Numbered from the stretch's first letter, positions 1 through 14,480 are shown. The stretch is 64,000 nucleotides of DNA from Vicugna vicugna (GCA_013265495.1 MU058054.1:248001-312000); one strand, 5' to 3'. Made by a program: numbers and translations. Notes: a model not told the origin generated them from the sequence alone.

Positions 1-239
1 CTCTCCAGTTCACTCGAGAGACTTCTGATGGGCACCAGCAGGGGAGGAATCTCTGGAGGCGGGAGCAAAAAAGAAATGCCTGGTGTGCAGCGGCGTGTAG
101 CCGGGAAAGGCACTGGAGGGGAGCTGGGGAAAGCGCTGGCGGGCTGCAGACGCTGCGCGGCGTCCACTTCCGAAGCGCCTGCTAAAGGCTCTGCAGGAGC
201 GAGTCGGCGCAGAAGCCAGGATCTTCTTCCGCGGAGCCG

Positions 240-255
240 CCGCCCCCTGGTGGCC
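240..255 (-). promoter_or_regulatory. CTCF-like motif in a small CpG-rich patch
   Basis: Minus strand GGCCACCAGGGGGCGG matches the CTCF core CCASYAGRKGGCR without mismatch. Confidence 0.6.
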
Positions 256-724
256 GCTTGCGGACATTACAGCTGCTCCATAGGCCCCCGCCTCCCCGCG
301 CAGGTGGGGAGGGGCTGAGTTGCCACTCACACGTCCAGCAAATGAGAGACACTTAGCGGGCTCCTAACCTCCTGACACTTGTCAGAAAGGGAAGCCACGC
401 CTCGGTGAACCAGCACTGTAACCCGGGACTCCAGATGTCCCACCCCATGGATGCTTACAACAACTTCTGGTAATCGTTAAAGCAAAAGGCACCAGGCAAT
501 AAAGGAGATTCTGTTCCGGCTATTGCACTAGGGAGAAGGTTCATTAACGTCTCCAGGGAAGAGCCCTGAGGTTTTAGACAAGCCGGTGAACCAACGAGTC
601 ATCAGCCAGTCTCGTGGGAATAATAAAAAAGGGTGGAGACGGGTTGTTTTCTTGGAATAGGTGAGCGCAAGGTGGTCCTTTGCAGTTAATTTCCCCAGAA
701 GGGAAAGAGGTGGGGAAATGTCTT

Positions 725-1385
<661 letters not shown>

Positions 1386-1499
1386 TTAATTATCGCTGCC
1401 TTTCTGGAGCACAGGACTCAAATTAAGTTCAATATTGTCATCATAAATGGACCCCGCTGCAGGATGACCATGTAAGAGCTGAGGCCGGTGAGGTGATGT

Positions 1500-1992
1500 G
1501 GACACACTTCTGTTGGATCTGGGTGGACCTTTATAACGGCCCCAACCAACAGGCAGAAGTGACCCTGAATGATTTCTTAGGTTAAGTCATCAAAGTTAAT
1601 AAGACTTCCACCTGGCTGGCTGGCTGGCTCGTGCTCTCTCTCTCTCTCTGTACTTGCCCTTGGAACTCAGCCCCTACTTTGTGAGGAAGTCCAGGCTCCA
1701 CAAGATGCCACGTGGGCAGTTCTGGTTAACAGCCCTAGCTGGGCCCCAGCTGGGTGACAGCCAGCACCAACCAGAGGTGGACGAGCCTTCAGATGATTCA
1801 GGCCAAGCTAGAGACTCAAGCTTTTGAGCCTTCCTGCTAAGGCCTCGGACATCATGGAGAAAAGGCAAGCCACCCCTGCCATACCCTGTCTAAATTCCTG
1901 ATGCACAGAAACTGCAAGAGATTATAAATGATTATTGTTTCTGGCTGTTAAGGTTTGGGGGGGTAATATGTGCAGCTGTACTCACTGGAACA
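1500..1992 (+). mobile_element. MaLR LTR (MLT1-like)
   Basis: Typical MLT1 3' end (..aaattcctgatgcacagaaactgcaagagattataaatgattattgtt..ggaaca) with an internal (CT)n. Recognised by eye, boundaries approximate. Confidence 0.65.
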
Positions 1993-4900
1993 TGCAGCAT
2001 TCAATGTAAATAATTGTCATAAACATGATTAAAATTTGAATGACAAATTCCAATTGTTCAAAAAAGAAAATATAGCTTTTAAAAAGAGAGATGTGATAAC
2101 TGAGCCTTTAATAGAGAGGCATGGCAGTAGGGAGCTGGAGAATTTCTCACCTTACATCATAAGGGAGGCAAAAATTACAGATTTTTCTTGAATCAGTTGG
2201 AGAAACATGGGTCCAAGAAAGTGTTTTGCAATCATGAAGGTGTCAATGGAATTAAAAGAATAAGCTGTCCACTTTCCAAATCACAGAATAAGATAAAAAT
2301 AGATAAATCGTATATATCACAGAAGGTGAGAAACAAGAGAAACAAAAAAGAGAAAGCATAGACTAAAACAAGAAAATAAAACCCAAACATTAAAAATAAG
2401 ACCAAACGTGCCAGGATAAATATAAACGCATTAAACTCCCCACTAACAAAGACCCTCCAATGAGCTAATACAATTTCATTACTACAGTGCATCTATATTA
2501 CTGTATATACGGTATAGCTAAATAAAAATACACCCTTTCCATCTGTAGCATCTTCACATTGGGCAGATGTATCTTCCAGACGGCCCCCTCGCCGGTGCCA
2601 CCAGCTCCCTGCCTGGTGGGGGCTGAGTGATGGTCTCCAGCGGCACGTCGGGACTCGGGCTAACGGGGGAGGGGGCTGGTGGAAGTGACCCCCGCGGGCA
2701 GTTGTACACGCACGGTGGGAGGCACTGTCCAGTTTTCTGGCTGGAGCAACCCCGAACGGGACGTGCTCCCACTCTCACCTGCGTGCTTCCTGTCCGAAGG
2801 TTCTAGGCCAGTTGAGTGGGCAAGTCACGGGGCACCGACCGTGCCGCTCTGCCCAGCCCCACTGGCCCATCATTAGGGGAAGTTCCTCCGGGACTCCTGC
2901 CTGTAATTGACCGCTTTTTCTGAAAGGTTCACAATTTCTGTCTTTTCCTATGTCTGTCTTAGTAAGCTTTGAAATTGGGAAGCTGGGAGATGGGATATCA
3001 AGGAAGGTTGTTTAATGCCATCTTAAGTCTGAAGTCTTATCTGTCATTTTAACAGGAGAAGCTTTTTTAAAAAGCTTAAACAACAGGGGCTCATGGTCTG
3101 GGAACTGGGCAGGGAGGCAGACACCTAACTCTAATTCAAGGCAGAAGGAAGTAAGCGCTAAATATAGGCGCTGCCTGGCAAGAATAGGGAGGAGGGAGCA
3201 ATAAACGCTGATGGAGAAATAAGAGAAGGTTCTGTGATGAATCTGCAGGGCCGAGCCTTGCTCTGAGCCCACAAACAGTAACTGTTAACGGAGGCAAGTA
3301 CTCTCACCCACAAAATGCATGCTTGGCATTCAAAGCCTGGTCACCAGGGGGCAGCTGAGCCACTCTGAGGGCAAGGCCCCCTCCCCCGGGGCAGGGAGGC
3401 TGTGAGAGTGCAGAGGGCGCAGATGAAATGGCTCACATTGGGTTCAGGGGAAAGTAGTGGCCCAGGACAAGGGGGTCCTGGTGCAGGGGACCCCAGCCCT
3501 GCCCTGAGGACTTCAAGATTTCTGACGTTACCTAAGGTGAAATGTTGCAAATGATCGGGGGGTGAATTGTGGGCCTTCTCTCAGTCCCAGGTTGGAGAGG
3601 AGGCAGGGGCCAGATGAGGGGGCTGCATGAGTCCTGCCCCAGAAACAAGGGTGGGAGTCTCAGCTAAAAGGCAGGGGGAGGGGGGACTAGAATTCATCAC
3701 ATGCCTCCTCCATGCCAGGCCATACAGGGCATTATCTTATCTAATCTTTGTAACCCTGAAAATGTTTCTTGAGCACCTACTGTGTGCCAAACCAAACAAA
3801 AATCATGCTCCTCATGCACAAGTAAGCATTTGACACAATCTCAGTGATAAACACCTATCGCTGTTAAGTACTACGAAGAAAAATGAAAGGGAAAAGGATG
3901 AAAGGAAGTGCCACTGTCAAGAAGCAGTCAGGGAAGGCCTCCCGGAGGAGGTGACATCTGAGCAGAGACCCCACTCAGCAAGCGAAAGAGCCTTACAGCT
4001 TCCCCAGTCTAAAGATGAAGAAACAAACCGCAGAGAAGTGCAGTGGCTTTCCCTAGATCACAAAGTTCCTAAGACTTCTCTAGGGAGGGTGTTCCTCCCG
4101 AGATTCTGGGCTCAGGTGATGTCCTCAGAGGCTGCACCTGACCCTGAGATGCTCAGACCCTTAGACCAACCCACTCAGTAAGAAATCATCAGTTCTTTCT
4201 CTTTATTTCTTCCCCTCCCCCTTCTCTCCCACCCCAGAAGCCTTCCTGTGTTCCTTTCCCATTTTGGGGGCCATTCATGGTAACCCCTTCCTTGTTTTTC
4301 TTATCATTTTTTACAATCTGTATGTGTGTAAACAATATAGTTTAGTTTTGCCTATGTTTGAACTTTATATAAATAGTATCATTTCCTCCTTCCTGACGCC
4401 TGGAACTTGGAGCTCCTGCAGCCATCAGGGACCATGAGTTTTGGCCCTAAAGGATAACAGATCTTGCCTGGCTTTGTGACAGAGTGGAGCCATGAGACCA
4501 GACCTTGAAAGACAACTTGTTTCATGCAAGAGAGAAATTAACCTGTCATCTTAAAGCCACTATTCGGTTTTCTATTATATGAGGCACAATCTAAGCCTGA
4601 TCCTTACGGAAAATAAATGTTTTCAGTTAATTATAAACATCGGTTTGCTTGAGCTAAGTTTTCTGCTTCCATTAAAACCACTTTCGCTGGTCAGCAAAAT
4701 TATATTTAAATATCCACAAATTTTTCAAATAGCCTATTGGACCGGTATTTCATGCTGATATGAATAACTGAGATACGGTGTCTTTCGCTATAAAAGTAGA
4801 TATCCCCTAAGATAGTAGATATTCCTTACGCATAAGAAGCTCTCTGATTCATGACAGCTACAGGTAAGAAAATGTCAGGGTACTCAGGAGGTAATACATT

Positions 4901-6687
4901 CATCCTTTTTGAATGGAATTAGCAGCAAGTAGATCACAGAGAATTTCCTACGTAAGTTAGCCAGGTTGCCTCCTGTTCAAAGTGAGACTTTCAAGTCATG
5001 GTCCCTACCCTCCGTGCCTGGAAAGTGATAAAGATAGGGGTTGTAAGGAAGTCACTGTCAGGTAGCAGGTTATTGTGTTTGGTCACGGACTCCAAAGGCA
5101 ACAGTTTTGTTTTGTTTTAGAAGAGCAGAGCATGGGGAGTGCGTGGGGAGTGGTGAACACTTACACCCACCTACGCACTCACTAATGAGGGGGCTACTGG
5201 GGTTTAGGAGTGAACACTGTGGATTCTGACTGTAAGGCCTCATATGAGTCAGAGCCTCAGTTCTTCATCTGGAAACAGTGGCTTATAACATGGATGTATT
5301 ATGTGGATTAAATGAGAAAATGCATATAACATAGTGGCATAAAGGAAGTGCTCCATAAATGTTAGATAAAGTGGATTTGTTTTATTTTTAACCTGTCAAC
5401 AGGTTAAGTGGGGTCAAAAAGGACCAATGTGTCCCTTTGGCAGAAGGCCTTATTCCTTATTCCAGCCTCAGCCCCCAGCCAGGCCCCAGGGGGAGAGGCC
5501 GCTGAAGGCCTGCCCCTGCCACCCAACCCTCGAGAGGGTCCCAGGGCCCCTCACCTCCCAAAGGCAAGGACACTCCGCATCACCAAAGCTGAGAAGAGCT
5601 GGGTGTAAGTACACATGACATTCCCGTGTTTACTTAAAGATCCTAATCTCTGGGCGTTTATTTGGGGGATTACAGTGGTGGCTTAAGCTACTTTAAGACG
5701 TTACAAGTTGAAGTCTTTCCTTCACTTGGCTGCTAAAGTTTAATTCAGTCTAATTATTTCATATAGCATGGACTATAATAGTTTCATAATTTCTAGTATA
5801 TTAAGCACTTAATATGTTGTGTCATTTGAAATCACATATTAAATTCAGCAAAGCACATTTTAATGAGAGTTAAGTGGTGTGAAAATATTAATACGATGTG
5901 ATGGTTCATCCTGGTGCTCACATTTTGTAGGTCTGTTCCTGACGCACAGACGCCTCGCTCACCAGGTAAGGGGAGCATTTAACTGCCTGGGGCTCCAAAT
6001 GGGTGTCTGAGCAGACAATACTCGCTACCTTTTGCTGTACAGCACTTTACAGTGGGATTTCTCATTGGTGCTCAGGACCCAGGAGAGCAAGTAGGGAAAT
6101 CATTATTTCCATTTTAGAGACGAGGAAACTGAGGCTTACTGCCAGGATGTCACTATGGCCCTTCCTGGCTCAAAGCCATGGCAGTTTTTCCCCCTGTTCC
6201 ACGGCTGCTGTCAGTGTAACCTGGGGGTGAGTGATGTCTGGACTCTGGGGCAGCAAGGATTTGGAGGTGTCACACGTCTCCGACTCCGTCACTCCACAGA
6301 GAGAAACTGACAGAGCCACAGACAAGCTGGCCGACTTTGGACTTGGACTTGGCATTTCTTTGTGCCCTCTCTTTCTGAGCACACCCCACATCACAGCGAA
6401 GCCTTAGACAGTAACAGCTCAAAATAATGATGCATCAATTGCAGGCTTTAAGGCAACAGAGAGAGAGAGAGAGAGATTTGAGAGAGCTTCCCTGAACTCT
6501 TCAAACTGTCTTCCCATATTCCTTCTAGGTGCAAAGTTAACCCTTGGAGTCAGAGAGATCTGAGAGCGAGCTCCAGTGTCACTGACCAGCTGCGTCACTT
6601 TACCTCTCTAGGCCTGAGTTCTCCCCATCAGTAAAACAGGAATAAACTCCCCTGTGCTTCCCTCTCAGAGACGTTACAATGAAGTAG

Positions 6688-6825
6688 GAAGAGGGTAACA
6701 GGTCAGTGGTAGAGCCCACGCTTAGCATGTATGAGGTCCTGGGTTCAATCCCTAGTATCTCCGTTAAAATAAATAAATGAACCTAATTACTGCCCCCCCC
6801 AGTTTTACCATTAAAAAATAAATAA
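6688..6825 (+). mobile_element. tRNA-derived SINE (camelid Vic-1-like) inserted in a MIR
   Basis: gagggta..cagtggtagagc..cttagcatgtatgaggtcctgggttcaatccc (B box), tail aaataaatgaacctaattac-C-run-A-rich. Imperfect TSD aatgaagtagga (6678-6689) / aatgaaattgga (6826-6837). Confidence 0.75.
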
Positions 6826-8749
6826 AATGAAATTGGACACGGGAAGGCCCTGTGTTGATCTGAATTAAAGGGCAAGGACTCATCCTAAGCTGAGTGAACA
6901 GCAGTTAGCGAGTTTATGTGGTGTCCCTTCTCAGCAACATAAATGCGTTTTTAACCAGGGCCTTTAGTAAATCAAACCCAAAGGGCTAAGTCCCTCTGGG
7001 TGACAACAGTGCCTACAGCAGCTCAGAAAAGGAGGCAAAAAAAAAAAAAGCACCCAAAAACCTAAGAAAAAAATTCTATAGTAGCTAAGAAACAGTCCCC
7101 ATAGTAGCCTAAAAAAAGAGGGAAAAAAAAGGCAAAAAAAAGGCACCCTCTCACCACCTCCCACCCTCCCTCCATGCTGGGCCTTCAGCGCTCAGGGGCA
7201 GCGGGTGTATGGTTCAGTGGGCCCCTGTGGACTATTCGTGGGATCTTCCGTGCTCCAAAGATGACCAGCATGCTCTGCTCTTCTGGAACAGAAAACAAAA
7301 CTAGTGTTGAATTTTCACATCTGGCTAATTACAGTCTTGAAAAAGCCCTCATTTACCCGGATACAAAAATCACAAGGTCAAAGCTGACAAAGATATTAAA
7401 GAGCACCTCTAGGGCATTTCCCCCACTTTGCAGAAGATAAAACAGGATCAGAGAAGTCCAGGAAGTCGGCTAAGGTCACACAGACAGGCGCAGGGAAGAA
7501 TGGGAACTAAAATTCAGATCTCTCTCTTCTGTACCACAATTGCTCAATTAAAAAAAAAAAACAAAAAAAAAACCGACAAACAAAACCTCACCTCTGGCTG
7601 AAAATAACACACGCACATGCAGCCAGAAATGGTAAACAACCTGCTCCCTCTCCTGCTGGTTTCCGCAATAAGACAGTTATGAACCCACGAGCTGTACCTG
7701 TCACCGCGACACATGTGTGCATCAACTGTGTCGAAAAGGCTCGCCTTCTCAATAAATGAATAAAAACGTGGATGCTAATTGAAGACTAGCATCATCTCCC
7801 ATCAATGCTAATACGCTTTTTGGTTATTTGCAATTCCCTTTTGTAAATCTGAGAGAAACATCATTGCCCAAATCAGCTCTTTTCGCTCACTAATGGCCAT
7901 ATTAGCATTCTGAGGTTTGTGTTTGCTGACTGCTTATTTAGAGAGAGGTCAGATGAGAAGCTGGGCTACCTACACCTGACTTCCATTTCACTGAAGACAG
8001 GTGGAGAGGTGGGGCTCCAAAGTCCCCTTGGAAGGCCAAGTTGGGTGCTGCCTGGCTGGGCCTGAGTCAGGCTCACAGGGCAGAGCCAGAGCTCCGCCTG
8101 GAACACCCAGTAGCTCCACAGTGGCTTCCCGAGGGAAGGATTGGCCCAGATGGGTGAAACTGACCCAGGTGGCTCCGAGGTCTTCCTCTGCCTGGAACTC
8201 TGACCTATCCTCTCAGGGCTGCATCCCTATCATCAAGTGACATCCCAAATGTCCCCTCCCTGCTGTCCACCCACTGAGTGGCCTTTATTCTCCAGCCACG
8301 CTGGATCCCACCCATTCTTCCTAGTGTGTCTCAGCACTGAGAATTCTTGTCCCTTGCTGGAAAGGAAGCTCCGTGACCCCAGCAACCCTACCACTCGTTC
8401 ACTCCTGCAGCCCCAGCGCTCACGTCATAGGGGCTGGATATTTGCTGGAGGAATGAAGGCAGGAAGGAAAGCCCGAGCTGATAAGGCCTTGGGAGTATTG
8501 TTTAAGAGGAAAAGGGGCAGGCTACACTCCTGGTCCCAAAGCTTTTCTCTTGAGTTCCACAGTGAAGAGGAAAAGATCAGTCTTTGAAACCAGACTTACA
8601 TCCTAATGCCAACTTCTTTCACCACTGGCAGGATAATTTTGGCCTTGAGAGTTTAACCAACTAGAACCTCAGTTTTCTAACCTGCCAGCTGAGGACGGGA
8701 CACCGATCTGGCTTAAGTGCCTAGCCCAGGGCTGGATCAAAGGGTGGCG

Positions 8750-9300
8750 ACTTTTCCCAGATCGCCACCCAGCCCTCCCCGAGTCACTCCGTGCAAAGCC
8801 TGGGCCCCAAGATGAACACCCTCCCTCTTCCCCTTTGGCTTCAAGAGCCGGGCGCAGGTCCTGAGAGCCCCGGGGGAAGCAGCGGCGCGCCCTGACCCCG
8901 ATCGAGCTGAAGCCGCAGCCCTCGGCCGCCCCTGCCCAGCCCCTTCCGGTTCATGGCCGGCGGCTCCAGCCCTCACAGGGGTCGCCGGTCCCAGCCCGGC
9001 CATCTGGCCGCAAACGTTTCGGGGGTCCGGGACCGCACTTCCGTGGGGACCTCACTGGCACCGCGGCCCCCACCCCGCAAAAACATTCTCGCCGCGCAGA
9101 CACTACCCTGCGCGGTTACGGGGGGCACTTCCCGGGGCGTTCTCCTCTGCCACGAGCCGGGAGGGCCCGGGCGGCGGGCAGGCCCCCGCGCGCACAGCCC
9201 GGCGGGCACGGAAGAGGCGCGCGGGGAACGCGCACCACGTGACCCAGCGTGCCTGCCCGCGCTGTCCGCCAGGCGCACCGAGGTCGGTAGGGAGGAGGGC
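8750..9300. promoter_or_regulatory. CpG island upstream of the U6 gene
   Basis: GC- and CpG-dense segment directly abutting the U6 distal sequence element. Confidence 0.7.
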
Positions 9301-9302
9301 CA

Positions 9303-9328
9303 ATTTCCCATGGTCCCTTCATTTGCAT
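9303..9328 (+). promoter_or_regulatory. U6 distal sequence element: SPH (ZNF143/Staf) plus octamer
   Basis: ATTTCCCATGGTCCCTTC (9303-9320) followed by ATTTGCAT (9321-9328), about 210 bp upstream of +1. The flank GAGGGCC resembles the human U6-1 promoter start. Confidence 0.9.
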
Positions 9329-9464
9329 ATGGGATGTAACAAGGTTAGGGAGACAATTAGATTTCAGCTAGTCGTAACTACAAACAGATAATGACAGCAT
9401 GTGTGATACAGAAGGTAGTAACTTCTTAGATACTTTAGAATTAAAAATAAAGTTGACAGTAAAA

Positions 9465-9485
9465 TCACCATAACCGAGAAGATTT
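9465..9485 (+). promoter_or_regulatory. U6 proximal sequence element (PSE, SNAPc site)
   Basis: TCACCATAACCGAGAAGATTT starting at -65 relative to U6 +1. Confidence 0.85.
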
Positions 9486-9498
9486 TGATATTCTTAGC

Positions 9499-9506
9499 TT
9501 TATATA
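9499..9506 (+). promoter_or_regulatory. U6 TATA box
   Basis: TTTATATA at -31 to -24. Confidence 0.9.
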
Positions 9507-9529
9507 CTTCATGAGCGAGCCTGTTAATC

Positions 9530-9535
9530 GTGCTC

Positions 9536-9586
<51 letters not shown>

Positions 9587-9636
9587 GGCCCCTGCGCAAG
9601 GATGACACGCAAATTCGTGAAGCGTTCCATATTTTT
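9530..9636 (+). ncRNA. RNU6-1: U6 spliceosomal snRNA, functional gene (probable RNU6-1 ortholog)
   Basis: Canonical GTGCTCGCTTCGGCAGCACATATAC..ACAGAGA..AGC..GCGTTCCATATTTTT with a T5 terminator. Complete DSE/PSE/TATA upstream and no poly(A) or TSD, so not a retrocopy. Adjacent to SKOR1 as recalled for human. Confidence 0.97.
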
Positions 9637-9975
9637 GTCCCTGAGACTCCCTTAAAAAGTGTTTGCATTGAGCTGCAAGCTGAACAGGTTCTACTTTTTG
9701 ACACAAAGGAGTCCCTGGAGATGGAATAAAAGTAAGTGTGGGTGGTCAGATTCATCGCTCTGCTGTGCTTTTTACGTTTGGCTCTTGGGCCTCAGTCTTC
9801 AGTCTTTCAAATCTTGCCTCTGCTTCCCCCTGAACTGAGTTCTGCACTCAGAAACGGCCTTGCTAAAGTTGATCCGTTTCACCTCCAAAACATAACAGGA
9901 CCTTAGTGCTACCATAAACGTTAAGCTGTACTATAACAGGAACTTGGAACAAGACTGACTCCTCAAGCTGCCTCT

Positions 9976-10196
<221 letters not shown>

Positions 10197-12849
10197 ACCC
10201 ACTCCTTATTGAACATTACCATGTCCTTCACAGAGATCTCATTTTTAATACTTCCGACAGCCCTGCCTTGTGGGTATTATTGCCACCATTCACAGGAGAC
10301 ACTGAGAGGTAGAGCCACCTGGGCATGATCATATAACTAGTAAGTATCTGAAGCAAAGCCTGATAAGACCTTTAGAGGCATAGACCCTGAAAAGACCTGG
10401 GTCCTGCCCCCAGGTAATTCAACTGCAAATAGCACAGTCCTAATTCGTAAGATGAGAAGGGTGGGGAGGAAAGGCCAACAAAGTTCAGATTTCCTGTGAT
10501 GCATTTGTCAGTGTTTTTGAGATGCCATTCTTTCCAGGAGAAAACTGCACATATACTTTCCTGGTGCCTGAACACGCACGCAGTCAGCCTGACAGTCCTG
10601 CAGTCACTGGGAGCCTGGTTGGTCTGCTCCAGCGTCCTCACAGCGCCCAGGCTCTGTGCTCACCTCAGTCAAGGCAGATGGACAGACATGGAGCCCCAGG
10701 ACCTCCCCACCCAGAGCAGTATTGGGTCCTCTGCTGGCGGGTGGTCAGAGCCACCCACCAGCGTTCCAGCAAGGATCCATTTCTGTTCTCTTAAGTGGAG
10801 GTAACAACCGAAAATAAGGATCTGTGGTACCTCTCGTTGCGCCTCCTCGGCTCACCGCCTCCAACGCATGGAGTTAGAGGACGATCTTGGTTTTCCTTTC
10901 TTCCCCCCAATATACCTGGTTCCTTGGAGGCCACTTGGGCAATTGGATGAGTAGTTTCAAAGGTTTCTTTCTGGGATGCCCAACAAGGAAATGACCAATG
11001 TTGGTTTGGCTCTCTCTCCTAAAGAAACTCATCCTTCTTCATCCTTCTTGACATAACCCTTGCCTCAGCAGAAATCAGGAAAGACACAGGAAATTCCTAG
11101 TGCTGTAAAAGCCAAAGACCCAGCTGGCTGTTGCAGTTCTGCACAGCTCTATGAGGTAGGTATCCTTTTTGCGTCATAATATTCATGAGGAAGCTGAAGT
11201 ACAGAGATTCAACAACTTGCCCACACATCTAGTCAATGTCAGAGAAGGGACCAAGACCCAGGAAATCTGGCTCTAGAGCTTGTGCTCTTAACCAAACACT
11301 ATATTCCCCCTGGAGGTGTGAAGTGGGAAATGAGACAGTTTAGAATAGTATAAAGAACATGCAGGTCTGGTTCTGCTTTTGTTAGTGTTCAAGGACAGGA
11401 GTCACATTTTTGCAAAGGATCAAGGCTAGACTTTATATCAGGGTAGCTGGGAATGGGTGGACAGGAATGCACCCAGTGACCTTGAAAAAGTAGATGGGGT
11501 GAAGGATCACCCTCTTTGGGATGGGGAAGAAAGCTTTCCTGTCCTAGGTTGACAATACTTTACCTGCCCCCTGCCCCCTAAAACTAATCCTATTAATGAA
11601 GGATCTTCTGAGCAGTAAGCCTGTATTTAATTAACTATGCCAAAGAACTTAATTACTTCCCAGTAGCTATTGTCCAGAGCACCTAAGGATTCCTTCTCCC
11701 AGACATTGTCAGTACCCAGATGAACCACAAAGATGGAACCCATTCATCTACATCTGTTGAGTACCTGTGATGCACTGGGCCCTGTGTTGAAGGCCACAAG
11801 GAAGAGCAAGATGTGGCTTAGTTGCCGAGGCACCTACAGTCCTTTGAGAAACAGAAACACCCGACCTAGGTTAACTCAGGGAGGTGAGCACCCTATTAGC
11901 TTCATGAACCAAGTACCACAGTAACACAGAGGTTACTCCCAGGAATCCAGGGGTCTTCCAAGGGTCATCTGCTGACAGATTACCCCAATGTGCAGAGGAA
12001 ATGGAGGTTGGGAGCAACTACTGGTTTCTCCCAGAGGAGTGAAAAATCAAGCAGCTTGACACTGTCTACGCCTGCTCCTCCCACCTTCGCTCAGTTTATC
12101 ACCCTGGATTTTCCGGGACAGGTGAAGATAGAGACCACCAGCCCTACCCCAGCTCCTCATCAGGGGTCTGGAGTTCCTCTGCTGAAAAAGGAGTGGGAGG
12201 TTGAAGAGGCATGTTTACCTGATTCTTCACCCCCAGACCTCAGTCTCCAGATCCCGACCTCCTGTGGGCACCGCCGGGGCCGAGATGTGGAACAAACAGC
12301 GGGGAAGAAATTCTGTGCCCTATAGCTGGCTCCAGATTCCCCAAGCCCCACTCTTTCTCCCTAAAACAAGACGCCCCTAGTCTGAGGCCTTCGGACGTTG
12401 GCTGTAATGCCTAAAATGTGTCGCAAGGTGGCAACGTTGTGGCGAGAAATAGACTTTTTTAAAAAGCTTGGATTTTTTTTTTCCAAAACATATTTTCCCT
12501 ATTAATGTTTCATTTAACTTAATTAGAATCTGGTAAACTAATTAAAGTAGCTACGAGCCCCGCAATCAGCAATAATTCGTATAATTATTGATAATTACAT
12601 CCATACCAATCGTTTGGTTATTAACATTTGGGGGGGAACAAACCACTTCTGAAGGGAGTCGGAGCCCAGGAGGGCTTTTGCGACAGAGCTTTCTGGGTCG
12701 CATCCGCCTACACCTCCAATCCACAGAGATTCCGGCAGATGGGGCGCCCTTTCCGGCAGGTCCCAGACGCCTACGGCGCTTTCCCCGTTGTTTGGGGAAT
12801 CCGGAAAGGAAAGGTGAAGAGGAATACTTGCCAGGCTCTTTAATGTGGG

Positions 12850-14480
12850 CCGCAGCCACGGAACTTTCTGGGTAGTAACAGTTGATCCCATTTTACAGAG
12901 AAGGAAAGTGCCGCTTCCAAAGAAGCGGCCCCGCCCAAAGGGAAAAGGCGCGTGCACTCTCCCAGCCCGCGCTCCCCGCAGGTCCCAGCTCCGCTCGCCC
13001 TTGGTACGCCCTGGGGACGCGTGGCTCTCCTCTCCGGACCTGTTTCCCCTTTGGTACACTGAAGGAATGATCCCGTTCCCTGCAGGGTCCCTGTCGGGAT
13101 AATCGCGTGTCCCAAGGCGATTTCAACCCTTGGCGACACCTCACGGATTACCCGGCGCCCTCACCGCCATTCTCTCTCCTGTCCCCTCTGGATCTAGTAC
13201 CTCGGAATATCCTGGGACATGAGGGCTCCGAGCCCCAGCGCAGGGTGTCCGGGGCCTGGCGTCCTGCCTGTGCCCCTTGCGGGAGGCCCCGATGGCGCCC
13301 TTGCTCGTCGACTCCGCCCCGGGTCCTCTGGACGACCCGCCACGAAATTTCCGCACCCTCGCAACCTAGGGCTCCCGGGCCCGAGCTGCTCGCCCGGCGG
13401 CCCGGTACTGAACGCCCGCCTCCAGGGTCTCCGTCCAGGCCGCCCAGCGCCGCCAGGAGACGAGCAGTGGGGACCCCGGGGCGTCGGAGGGCTGCGTCGT
13501 CGGGGTGGGGGTCCGGGCTGCGGAGCGCTGCCCTGCGCTGGCTTCCCTTCCACAGCGCGTCCACGCGCCGGCGGGGACAGAGGCCTGAATATTAATTTAG
13601 AGGCCGAAACGGAGGCCTAGGAAGAATTAAGGGCAGGACACAGCACTCCTGCTAGTCAGCTAAGGAGGGGAAATTGGAAGCCAGGACTGAATGACTCCCG
13701 CGACCATGCGCTTTCCCACTCGAGCCACACTCTCCTCCCCCTCCAAAGAGCGCGCTGCAGTTTCCATCCTTTATCTGCAGCCCAAGCAGCAGGTGCGCTG
13801 TGGAAACTGAGGCCGAAGGGAGGAGGGGGGCAAGGTAAGGCCTCAGCAACCGCGGCCGTCCCCACGGACTCCAGCGGCCGGCGTATCTCACCTTCCTCCT
13901 CGGGCTTCTCGACGTCCTCTATCCCCCTGGGACTAAAATGGACGGAAACTTAAAAACCACCAGGGCTTCCTCCCTCCGGGTAGCAGCGAGGCAGGCGGCA
14001 GGGCATCTGCGCACAAGCGGAGAGTCTCCCGCGAGCCTTCCAGGCCTGCGGGACCCAGACCCACCCCCACGTACCCTGTCCCTCCCGCCCCTAGGCCAGG
14101 CCGACGGTGCCCGCGCCTCCTGGCAGTTCTGGTTGAACCTGGAACTACGGGCTGGGCGAGAATTCGGTCCCTGACACCCTGGAGGTGTCTTCCCCGGGGG
14201 GGGGGGTGTGCAAATGGGCACAAGTAAACTCTCAAGAGTCAGATACTTGCGGTAGTTCCTTTTCCCGGCGGAGGCCCCAGGAAGGATCCTAAACGTGGGG
14301 CGAGGGTTGCTGCTGGGCAAGCTGGGTGTGCCTGGAGGACTGGTGGAGAGGTCGGGGTGTTCGCCGCTGCTCACCTGAGCCGGCGCGATTTTCAGCTTGA
14401 GCGCCCCTGAACCCGAGCTGCGGTCCCCACATCCCACCTGTTGCGTGGCCCTCAGCCTGCCTCCGCCCCCCGCCCCTCCT
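12850..14480. promoter_or_regulatory. CpG island just downstream of the SKOR1 3' end
   Basis: High GC and CpG density with no recognisable coding exon. Confidence 0.65.

Noticed and set aside
6690..6765. Possible tRNA gene
   Set aside because: A/B-box-like head followed by a SINE tail and TSD, so it is a SINE.
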